Part shown: positions 11,101 through 19,100 of the stretch, piece after piece
Position numbering within the stretch: the stretch's first letter is position 1
Layout of the letters: each line of letters opens with the position of its first letter
Assembly (NCBI GenBank): GCA_040905385.1
Contig: JBBDRP010000002.1
Span: 226,292 to 290,291, forward strand
DNA from: Minisyncoccota bacterium
GTDB lineage: Bacteria > Patescibacteriota > Minisyncoccia > Phycocordibacterales > SW-6-46-9
DNA: 64,000 nucleotides
Reading direction: 5' to 3'
The notes under the pieces: generated by a model
Databases searched by the model: none
Told to the model about the DNA's origin: nothing
Seen by the model: the letters and a program-made list of their open reading frames with translations, nothing else
Program-made: the position numbers and the translations under genes

Positions 11101-13117
11101 CAACATTCCACTGACCGCCTCAACGACCGACTGGCAGAGCTTCTACGAGACCCCATCCAGTCGCGTTACCGCCGGCACCGGTCTCTCTTGGAGCACAAAT
11201 ACACTGAATGTAAATGATGTCGAGACGCTGACCACCAGTCTCACCGCCGGATCAATCATCTTTAGCAATGGCACCAACCTCGCCCAGGACAATGCGAACT
11301 TCTTCTGGGACAGTGCTAACAGTCGGCTGGGGATTGGCACCAACGGGCCATCCGCGTTGCTGGAGGTTGCGGCTACTGGCACTACACCGCGTTTCCGCGT
11401 CGAGTCGGCCACTAGTGGCGTCTACGCGCTGGATATTGATGGAGACGACATGGCCACCCTGGGTACCGGTAATGGCCACATCTTTCTGGATACCTCTGGC
11501 ACCACCAATGTAGGTGTGGGTACCTCGACCCCGGCGGTGGACTTCCAGGTCGAGGGAATTGTCCGCCAATCGAACGCGCTTAACTGTGACCTGGAGGCCA
11601 ATGCTAATGGTGATCTGATCTGTGCCGGTACATCTGACTTTAATCTGAAGACGAATATCTTTACCTACAATAGCACCAGCTCGCTGGCAAAGATTAATCA
11701 GCTGGAGGCGCAGACGTATAACTACACGCCGGAGGCGCAGCTGGGTGAGCGCAAGGAGATTGGATTTATTGCCCAGGATGTAGAGAAGATCTTCCCCGAG
11801 CTGGTGGGTGAAAGCAACGGCTACAAGTACATTCGCTACGACAAGCTGACGGTGATTCTGGCCGAGGCGGTCCAGGAGCTGGATGACAAGGTTATCGCGC
11901 TGCAAGCGCAGCAGGCGTCATCAACTGCATCCGGAGATGTGGCTGGTGATAGCGATGGTGCTACTACGTCGGGTACGGAGCAGGTGAATAATGATGACGC
12001 AGAAGAAACTACAGATGAAGCTGAGTCATCGGGAGATGACGAAGTCCCGTCTGAGGAGCAAAGCGACGAAAGCGGGGAAGAAGCATCCTCCAGTATGCTA
12101 GCAGCCGTTGGATCCTGGCTGACTGAGCGGAGGGTAGAGATTACCGACGGTATTGCCCGATTTGTCCGCGGAATCTTCAACTCGGTACGCACCAACCGAC
12201 TTATCGTCGACAACACTCGTGATGATGAAGAGGATGACGAGGATCTTGACCCAGCAGCTGGTACCGGGTTCATTGCTACTGGCGAGCGTTTGGCTGAGAT
12301 AGAGAATAATCAGGCGGCCACCAGCTCGCAGATTATCGTGACCTTTACCCGCGAGATTAATACCTCGTACTGGGTCGAGAAAGCCGAGGGCGCCTTCAGC
12401 GTTCACACCACCGATGATGTGGTGGCCACCACGACCTTTGACTACTTCATTATCGGGGTAGAGATGACCGAGGAGCAGGTGGCATCATCAAGCGCGGTGC
12501 TGCAATCGATCGAGGAGGATGAAGAAGACTCGGACGATGAGAACGGGGGAATGACGCCGATTGATGATGGTGGTGACGAGGAGAGTGGCGATACAGGCGG
12601 TGACAATACTGCCCAGGATGACAGTCAGACCGACTCGGCCGATGACACTGCCTCAACAACCAACGAAACGAACGCAAGTAGCAGTGACCCGTCGAGTGAC
12701 GAAGTGGGTGAGACTGAGGATGATCTGGATACAAGCACCACCACCGCCAGCAGCACACCAGACACGACCACACCGACCATTTCTGGCACCAGTGATGTGA
12801 TTCTTACTGAAGGTGACAGCTTTGATCTACTCGAAGGTGTAACCGCTGAAGATGATATTGATGGCGATATCACTAATAATATTACTGTTGATGAGGGCGG
12901 CTTTGATGCTAATGCTGTCGGTGAATACTTCATCACCTACACTGTCGCAGACCAAGCCGGCAATGAAGCAACAGCCGAACGCACCGTCGTGGTCGAGAAA
13001 GTAGAGGAGGAAGCCGACCCTGACCCTGTGGAGTCAGAAACCGATTCCACAGGGTCTTCAGAGGAAACGGATGAGACTGAGGAGACGGTTTCAACAGAAC
13101 CGACTGATGATGCGTAA
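2138..13117 (+). CDS. Giant (3659 aa) membrane-anchored surface protein. It has an N-terminal HTH-like segment, one TM helix, NSTTTNxYI and VGIGTxSP tail-fibre-like repeats, a Peptidase S74 (endosialidase chaperone) autoprocessing domain, an acidic linker, and a C-terminal DUF5011/Ig-like domain.
   Basis: Single uninterrupted ORF. TM helix LPAIAMSLMLVASIGIMSFGMIGSG at aa 174-197. Repeated VGIGTTSPASTLDV motifs (phage tail fibre repeat). DFNLKTNIFTYN...IGFIAQDVEKIFPELV...YDKLTVILAEAVQEL matches Peptidase_S74. ISGTSDVILTEGDSFDLLEGVTAEDDIDGDIT...TYTVADQAGNEATAERTVVV matches DUF5011. Confidence 0.85.
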   Translation: MYYEWHMDDQLNFENQTLITTNLAAELTGYSSDYIGQLARDGGVASKKIAGRRFVDRDELIAYADENKKSFSIAQLPAEHRPISDEPEPVESSAESSSAPEETIATDEQADNVDQSVPETPAPDSLKTLDDENSGLTVSTDEISQNRASSRWRLTRDKHRSGGGEVAKTSVSRLPAIAMSLMLVASIGIMSFGMIGSGSASDAGQHRTSDDTQSVDQIAASVEAGLLDTSVRSADAKEKSILTSSVDAMSYSVKLAAAAAGTSLNTYVFRPVRNLLSDTIYTGLAGILRFGEVFLPDYFGDYSAEFVLNDDGDIEIDRQRADEQMVAITRIQNRSLSDRVIITALTQLTGVTAQLAERIEDPEATGGVASRDFVRDRIDQLRDIMHGNLDSLMDAVEYDHPNDIELTTADIGTTTSGVLEVTGQTTLSQTLINGPLSVIAPNSTSSNTLFVDTASGRVGINTDTPQYTLDVNGTFRADSFISNSTTTAVNFTASSTDTNTLTADTATITVLTVGDLTATSSADLATTTITDLSASSTDTDSLTADDVVITNSTTTNSYIQQLLADNSTTTNAYVTSLVASSSNLTSAQIEDLIATNSTTTNSYIQNLLNDNTTTTNAYITNLIAEDITVTNATTTNSYIQQLLADNSTTTNAYVTSLVASSSDLTSAQIEDLIATNSTTTNAYIQKLLVDNSTTTNAFITSLVADNLTATSGTITNLVATDSTTTNAYITNLLADNSTSSNLYSSSLIAGSGDITDFTAENATITNATTTNFFATLANFTTAFFDNLTATIADITNLEVDNATTTNLVAVQSTTTDAYIQNLLADQSTTTNLTVTGDTILGNTALDTLTVNATVETDLVPNSNATLNLGSPSFYWNIAYLDTINANNISAASTSISGTQAESFTLNTDNSTQDGEDSELIFYRGQVTPNAVIQWDSVADRFDFNQSLYINNESASTTNPTLVAEGVIGQTADLFQLASSSGDTLFSVGADGSVDLISASATDFTATNATTTNFFASLANFTTAFFDNLTATIASITNLEVDNATTTNLVATDATTTNLTASGQTDLATTSVTGNLDVNSGSLRISDSGRAGFEIENTGASFTNSFITGGIGNPKLFANWTLDDEPSDDTKPTWGTKLAIDQDRFEIIRLPAGIGGDSGTGQLMVVDAAGQVGIGTSTPIVSLDINHTDAVRLPVGTSAQRPSGESGYIRYNSDTAQFEGFYAGAWQGLGGVIDVDQDTYITAEESTDDDHLRFYTAGSEQMTITAAGDVGIGTDNPAERLEVAGSGGTRFLVSDDTGYAAFRLDAASGETSALDFAQAGTNIWGLGMKQQSGNDDFWIWDAPSGDTPRFVIDAVSGDVGIGTTSPANTLDVDGGIDADTLNTGQGDNELYAMDQDVQMTDDVTFASVDTATITTDSFSATSADFVDLTADNATTTNFFASLANFTTAIFDNLTATIATITNLEVDNATTTNLVATDATTTNLTATGQTDLATTTVTGDFTVNTDNLYVDESTGVVGIGINSPSSYSDNVLDLGGGLAFDGQTMFRRLGNDFEIGDMHSGDGNIHNLYFFTNGNSNTDLSIIESGNIGIATRTPAVSLDINATDAVRLPVGTSAERPSGEAGFIRYNSENSQFEGFYAGAWQGLGGVIDVDQDTYITAEESSDEDYLRFYTAGSERMTVTNTGEVGIGTTSPENILSIDTSNTNDDGISLYENGNPLAFIGDSSASFSTGVLRLYYENSERVRINSSGDSYFNGGDIGIGVSSPDELLHVDGDSAESYIKVSTASGDKAGIKFIEGSSDLWTLYHENTSNSFSVNEDGTDYLRIISGGNVGIGTTSPATTLDVAGTTTAQAFSVGGDTINDFTGQGLSVANNILNLDDVETLGTSLTAGSVVFSDGSSLTEDNTNFFWDDANDRLGIGTNSPTSPLHIIDSGFTLAEFTRDSTAGAGFTLSNNTDSINFGLGAGGEFFAGISGGTDNFFAASSTTFQVGSNSRIGFTSGTSPTESNVDTSLFRNAANVLRTNDSFIVDGSIGIGTTSPASELDVWGDFRAGTSSTPTLFSDASTGRVGIGTSSPDHKLTIREDTPNSTFGLHLDGAGSAEPTISFEENGEGENFFLRYSGPDNKFYLGRGVIPGFFSQEAIRMTIERNSGRVGIGTTNPASTLDVAGTTTAQAFSVGGDIINDFTGTGLSVAANVLNVTLSPFSTDDLSEGSNLYFTDQRARDVFSTDATGLTYSAASGVLSLTTGYNIPLTASTTDWQSFYETPSTRITAGTGLSWSANTLNTNDIETLTTSFTAGSIIFSDGTNLAQDNANFFWDDTNNRLGIGTTTPSAILEIVGGGSTPYLRIGSGGGGAYAFEVDENDKVSVGTGNDDIYFNTSGDTQVGVGTSSPISDFTVVGDSYFQGDVEVTGTTSVARFSVATDTITDITGDGLSVVSQGGGGLGLTVDDIETLSTGLSAGSIVFSDGLFLTEDSDNFFWDDASNRLGIGTSSPSETLQVAGTAWLRGSGTTNGLLVNSSGNVGIGTLSPTTTLEVAGTTTAQAFSVGGDTINDFTGQGLSVANNILNLDDVETFSTSLLAGSVVFSDGSTLTEDNANFFWDDANNRLGIGTTSPASKLDVWGDFRAGTSTTPTLFADTAANRVGIGTVSPSHKLTIREDASNATFGMHLEGAGSAEPTISFEEQDEGENFFLRYSGADNNFYLGRGVIPGFASQEAIRMTIERDSDRVGIGTTNPASTLDVAGDITSSGVLDINGTGTSTFEGGIDIAGSILPRSDAAYDLGSASLQWRDVYISSGSLYIGGQKVLEEDADGDINITADPDQNLKLTATGTGSVQLGATGSGSTNVISGNFGIGIGTTSPATTLEVGGTATVNALAVGGDTISDFTGTGLSVASNVLNVSLASFSTTDLAEGTNLYFTNERAEDAAGGMFSGNTETLITATYEDGDGTVDLVVDNNLANYSNATSLFLDGVTATGLEKSGTDVALTTGYNIPLTASTTDWQSFYETPSSRVTAGTGLSWSTNTLNVNDVETLTTSLTAGSIIFSNGTNLAQDNANFFWDSANSRLGIGTNGPSALLEVAATGTTPRFRVESATSGVYALDIDGDDMATLGTGNGHIFLDTSGTTNVGVGTSTPAVDFQVEGIVRQSNALNCDLEANANGDLICAGTSDFNLKTNIFTYNSTSSLAKINQLEAQTYNYTPEAQLGERKEIGFIAQDVEKIFPELVGESNGYKYIRYDKLTVILAEAVQELDDKVIALQAQQASSTASGDVAGDSDGATTSGTEQVNNDDAEETTDEAESSGDDEVPSEEQSDESGEEASSSMLAAVGSWLTERRVEITDGIARFVRGIFNSVRTNRLIVDNTRDDEEDDEDLDPAAGTGFIATGERLAEIENNQAATSSQIIVTFTREINTSYWVEKAEGAFSVHTTDDVVATTTFDYFIIGVEMTEEQVASSSAVLQSIEEDEEDSDDENGGMTPIDDGGDEESGDTGGDNTAQDDSQTDSADDTASTTNETNASSSDPSSDEVGETEDDLDTSTTTASSTPDTTTPTISGTSDVILTEGDSFDLLEGVTAEDDIDGDITNNITVDEGGFDANAVGEYFITYTVADQAGNEATAERTVVVEKVEEEADPDPVESETDSTGSSEETDETEETVSTEPTDDA
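7615..10345 (+). repeat. Intragenic segmental duplication inside giant gene 1. A ~0.65-1 kb protein-coding module appears twice with near-identical amino-acid sequence.
   Basis: aa stretch VGIGTTSPATTLDVAGTTTAQAFSVGGDTINDFTGQGLSVANNILNLDDVETL...FFWDDANDRLGIGT (nt ~7615-7880) recurs at nt ~9705-9965. The following SPASELDVWGDFRAGTS...GRGVIPGFFSQEAIRMTIER...STLDVAG (nt ~8240-8640) recurs at ~9975-10350. Confidence 0.8.
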
Positions 13118-13126
13118 GACAACATC

Positions 13127-13153
13127 GTCTGTAACAATCGGATTGTTACAGAC
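13127..13153. repeat. Perfect 13-bp-stem palindrome GTCTGTAACAATC-G-GATTGTTACAGAC. It is a REP-like hairpin between giant genes 1 and 2, sharing the outer GTCTGTAA/TTACAGAC stem with the hairpins at 19769-20683.
   Basis: Read directly from the sequence. 30 bp after the stop codon of gene 1, 24 bp before the start of gene 2. Confidence 0.8.
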
Positions 13154-13176
13154 ACCTAGTATTAGGGCTTAAATTT

Positions 13177-16100
13177 ATGAGTACGAATTTTATACAATCG
13201 GTGAAAGGCTTTATTAGCGAGAATACGCGTCTGGCGGCGGTATTGTTGGTGGTCTTTTTGGCGCTGGTAACCTTGCTCGTGTTGGGGGTCAGCAGTATTC
13301 AGGCGACCTGGTACAGCGACACGAGTGGCAGCGGAACCTGGGACTATCGTCAGCGGATCATTATCGATAGCGACCAGGTTGACTCGAATCTGCAAGACTT
13401 TCCTGTTTACGTTGATCTTGTTGATCTCGGCAGCCAATTTTTTAGTAACGTCGCGGCCGACGGTGGTGATATTCGCGTGACCAATGCGGTTGGTGAGGAG
13501 CTGCCGCGAGAGGTTGTTTCCGTCGACACCGCCTCCTCGACGGGAGAGCTGCACTTCAAGGCCGATAATCTCTCCAGCACGGCGGACACGACCTTCTATA
13601 TTTATTATGGTAATGCTGATACAGGTAATTACGCCACCAGCAGCACGTACGGTGCCCAGAATGTTTGGACGAATAATGAGGCAGCAGTATGGCACCTTAA
13701 TGAAGATCCCAGCGGTACGGCACCGCAGATACTTGATAGCACCGTAAATAATATTCATGGAACCACTGGTGGCTCGATGACGAGTGCTGATTCTGTTCTT
13801 GGAAGACTTGGCAGGGCGCTTGATTTCGACGGTACTGATGATGATGTAGAAATTCCGGATAACATTTTAATAAACATAGCTGACTCATATGACCAGAAAA
13901 CTCAAACAGTATGGTTCAAGGCTGATGAGGTAACTAGTCGGCAGGTCATCTGGGAGGAAGGTGGTTTTGCAAACGGTATAAATATATATGTAGATAGTGG
14001 TACATTGTACGGCCGAGCCTGGAGTGATAGCGAAAGCTGGTCAAAGGAGCTACAGGTAACAACCAGTGTGGCGGCAGATACGTGGTATCAGGTTTATCTG
14101 GTTCTTGATGCACCGAATGATTCACTTGAAATGTTTGTTAATGGTAGTTCAGTGGGGACGGATAATAAGACAGACGGTAATTTTCATAGTGGTCACGGTA
14201 ACGATATTGGTATTGGTAAAGTACAGGGAGATACGAGAACCCACGTAGGAGATGAAGTAGGTTTAGAATTTAACGGTGTTATTGATGAAGTTAGGCATAT
14301 CAATGAAGATCTGCGTTCTGCCGACTGGATCGCCGCCGAATACACCAACCAAAACGCACCAAATACCTTCTACACCGCTGGCAGCCAGGAAACGCAAAGC
14401 TCATCCAACGTGCCGTTTGGTGACAACCCGGGTGGTGACTTTGCCGACGGGGACTGGGACTTCCGCGAGAAGATTACCATCCACGCTGATCAGGTTGATG
14501 CGAACCTTTCCGACTTTCCGGTGTATGTCGACCTGGCTGATATGAGTGTCAGCTTTTTCGCCAATACATCCGTTAACTGTGGTGATATACGTATGACCAA
14601 TGCTTCCGGTACCGAGCTGGCGCGCGAGGTGGTGGCGTGTGATACGTCAGCCGAGACCGGTGAGCTGCACTTCAAGGCTGACTCACTTTCCAGTACTACG
14701 GACACCGTTTTTTATATTTATTATGATAATCCAGATGCTCATGACTACGTAGTAGATGCCACGTATGGGGCGCAGAATGTCTGGACGAATAACCACGTTG
14801 GTGTGTGGCATCTGAATGAAAGCTCAGGAAACACTCTTGATTCAACATCAAATAATAATGACGCAACAACTAACGGCCCTATACAGGGAGTAGAGGGACA
14901 AGTTGGAGATGCTTACTCTTTTGATGGGGCGGATGACTACGTAGAAATCGATAATTTAATCGACGAAATCCCAAATACGTTTTCTGTCTGGGTAAAAGTA
15001 GCGACTGATGTTGGTGATGGAAGAATAGGAGTCATTGCAGGTAATTATCCTGGTGATGGTTCCGCTATAAATATTGAAGGATATTTCAATGGTGAGGTAA
15101 GGATGTATTGGAATGGCGGACAGGAAAATATAAGATACGAAACGGATATAAGAACTGGCGAATGGGAGCATTTGGTATTTGTGAGAGATGTAGCAGCTGA
15201 TGAGATCAGATTATACCGTAATGGTATTAATATACCGAAGACAAGTGATGCGGGAGATGACGTAACACTAGCAGACAACAATAATAAGTTCAGAATTGGT
15301 TCCGATCATCCGAGCGATAGAGAGCCTTTCGAAGGTGATATAGATAATCTTCATATCTATAACACTGATCTCTCTGAAGAAGAAATCTCCGCTATATACA
15401 ACAACCAGAACTCACCATCCACCTTCTACACCATCTCTGGCGGTGTTTCTGCAGCGCCGGTGCTGCTGACTCCAGAAGACACGTCCACTGAGGTGGTGCG
15501 CAACCCGACTCTGGACTGGGAGCCGGTACAAAACGCTGGTGAGTATCAGGTGCAGGTGTCGCCGACCTCGACCTTCTCATCCATCGTGGTGGATGCAGAT
15601 GTGAGCACCAGCGAGATAACCCTGGGCACGCCGTACCCATCACTGAATGCCAGCACGACCTATCACTGGCGCGTGCGGACGGTGGATGGGCAGGACTTCG
15701 GTACGTGGTCAACTGATTTCGAATTTACGACAGCGGCTGGTCTGGCCGGCAGCGGTACCGAGGCCGATCCGTACCTTGTCAGCACCCCACAGGATCTGGA
15801 TGATGTTCGCAATGATTTGACTGCTTATTACAGGCAGGAAAATGATATTGATCTTACTTTCGATACGCAGGATCCAGCGGGATTATTTTACAATTCAGGT
15901 CAAGGCTGGATTACGATTGATGATTTCGAGGGTGATTATGATCTCAATGGGTATTCTGTCCTGGGAATGTTTCAAGATAGGTCAGGTTTTTATAATCGAG
16001 GACTGTTTAGATTAATCAATGCAGGAACCTTACATGACGGCCACATTGATGGAGATATTACAGGAATTGATTCTAATACAGAGGGTTCAGGTGTTGCAGT

Positions 16101-19100
16101 AGCAACAATTGGTTCAACAGGAGGTGTTCATCGGGTTAAAACAACAGGAAGTGTAGTAGCACAGAGAACAGATTTCTTCGTAACAAATGCTGCTGGTATT
16201 ACAAGTAATAACAATGGAAGCATATCAGATTCTTATAATGAGGCAGTTATTAAACAGGGTCTTGATGAGGGAGAACCTACTAGATATGGTGGAATAGCTG
16301 GACAAAATACCTCAAATATTAATAGGGTTCTGAATACTGGAAATGTTATTGTAACAACAGCAACAAGTGTCGGAGCAGTTCGGGGTTTGGACTCTGCTGG
16401 AGATATATCTAATTCTTTTTATGATCAAGATGTCGTTGATGTCGATGACCCAGAAGCAACCGGATTAACCACTGCTAATGCACAGTCTTTATCAACGTAT
16501 GAAAATGCTGGTTGGGACATTGTCCCGATCGAGCATCACGACGGGCGGAAGTCGACGGCGACCTGGTACATCGACGACGGCAACGACTACCCGCGCCTGT
16601 GGTTCGAGTACGAGGGAGAGGGTTGGTACGACGACGGCTGGAGCCACCGCGAGAAGGTCACGATCAACGCCAGCGAGGTGGATGCGACGCTGGAAGACTT
16701 TCCGGTCTATGTTGACCTGGCTGATTTCGGCGCCACCTTTTTTGCCAATGTTGATGGCGACGGCGGCGACATCCGCGTCACCAAGGCGGACGGTACTACC
16801 GAGCTCCCGCGTGAAGTGGTATCAGTAGATACCGGCGGATCCTCCGGCGAGCTGCACTTCAAGGCCGACCGTCTCTCCAGCACCACCGACACGACCTTCT
16901 ACGTCTATTATGGCAATCCAGATGCGATAGATTATGTGACAGATTATGCGTATGGTGCTGAGAATGTGTGGACAAATGGAACGCAACTGGTATACCACCT
17001 GCAGGATGATCCATCTGGTACCGGTCCGCAGATAAATGACTCAACCAGCGGTGGGTATGATGGTACTGCAAGCTCCATGCAAAGCAGTGACAGTGTTACC
17101 GGAAAGGTTGGAAAAGCTCTAGCTTTTGATGGCACGAAGTATATCGATACGGGTACTGAGTATGTTGGAGATACCGGTTTATTCGCTGATGGTAATGAGA
17201 ATTTCACTGTCAGTATCTGGTCAAAAATTAATTCGGGTGATGAAGGTACCCTGATTGCTCGCGCTGGTGGCTCTTCAGGAAGTAGGACTTTTCAGCTTGT
17301 TTCGTGGCCATCAGGAAATGAAACGCCAGGATATTACCTACGTGGAGAGTTAACTGCAACTAATTTAGGCTTTGATGACGGAACCTGGCACCAGACGACA
17401 CTCGTTTGGAATGGTTCCCAAATGGATTATTATCTGGATGGTGAGTACATGAGTAGCCCGGCAGTTGGTACTGCCGCTGAAGAAATCGGTGAAGCCATCA
17501 TTCTCGGAGCCAGAACTGGTGGTTCTGGTTTTTTGCTCGAAGGTCTTCTTGACGAGCCACGTATCTGGGATCGTGCATTATCTCAGCATGAAGTATCTGC
17601 CGAATACACTAACCAAAATGATCCATCCACCTTTTACACCGTTGCTGGTACCGAGGACGTCATCACCATGGACGGCACCGGTACGGCGGGTAATCCGTAC
17701 CTCATTGAGACGCCACAGGATCTAGATGATGTTCGCAAAGACCTCAATGCCTACTACCAACTGGCCAATGATATCGACCTGACCTTTGATACGCAGAACG
17801 CGGACGGAGATTTCTATAATGGCGGCAGCGGATGGGATCCAATCGCCACGACGAGCGCTAATTCTTTTACTGGTAGCCTTGATTTCGAGGGATATAAAAT
17901 TAGTGGATTAATGATAAATAAGCCATCAGAAAATAATCAATCATTATTTGGCTTCACTGATGGAGTAGAGTTTAACGATGTTTGGATTGAGGCAGATATT
18001 ACAGGACGTTTCAGAGCAACTATACTGACCTCACTTAATACTGGTGTATCAGTTGTTAATGGCATTAAAGCCGAAGGTGTTATAACAGGAGAAGGCAGTT
18101 CAACTGCTGAAATAGGTATAGTTGTAGGGTATCACGAAGGAACTTTCACCGTAAATGATGCCTCTTTTGATGTTCAGATTAATAATCCAAACAATCTTAA
18201 ACGAGTGGGTGGAGCTGTTGGTCACAACTATTTTGCTGGGGATGAGTTTACTGTTAACAGAGGCTTAACGAGAGGGCTATATAACTTCGATACAACAGTT
18301 GATGATACAGATCCTTTTATTGGTAATAGAGGCGCTACGAGTGTTGTTAATGATAGTTTTATTGATAGTGAGACAAGTGGTTTTCCTGCAGTAGATATTG
18401 ATGATAATACTACCTCTCTTACCACTGCCGAGGCGCAGGATATCGATACGTACCTGGATGCTGGCTGGGACATTATTGATATATCTCAGCATGATGGGGA
18501 GCGTGCGACGGCCATCTGGTTTATAGACGACGGTAATGATTACCCGCGCCTATGGTTCGAGCGTGACGGGGTAGAGAGTACGAACTTTGGCGACAGTGCG
18601 GACGGTGACTTTGTCGACACCGACTGGGGCTATCGCGAAAAGATTACCATTAACGCCAGCGAGGTGGATGCAACGTTGACCGATTTTCCGGTCTATATCG
18701 ACCTGGCCGATCTCGATAGTGAGTTTTTCGACAACGTGAAAAGTGATGGTGGTGATATCCGCGTGACGGCTGCTGACGGTACAACCGAGCTGGCGCGCGA
18801 GGTTGTGTCCATAGATACAGCGGCCCAGACGGGTGAGTTACACTTCAAGGCGCCATCACTTTCGGCCTCGACTAATACCGAGTTCTACATCTATTTTGGT
18901 AACTCTAGCGCGGTGGATTACCAGGCCGGGGATACGTACGGACGCAATGCGATGTGGAGCAATGGCTACAAGTCCGTCTACCACATGCAGGAAGATCCGT
19001 CCAGGACGGCACCACAGATAATCGACTCAACCGGTGGTGACAAGGCGACCAGTAGTGGGGCAATGACTATCGATGACAGTGTTTCTGGCCAGCTGGCTGG

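Noticed and set aside
3334-12936. Numerous 60-217-aa ORFs on the minus strand (and off-frame + strand) inside the giant genes, e.g. 4969-5544, 9625-10098, 11252-11905, 13162-13758
   Set aside because: They lie entirely within long, repeat-rich, clearly coding + strand ORFs. Their translations are low-complexity (Val/Ser/Thr/Ala-rich mirror images of the repeats) with no recognisable motifs.
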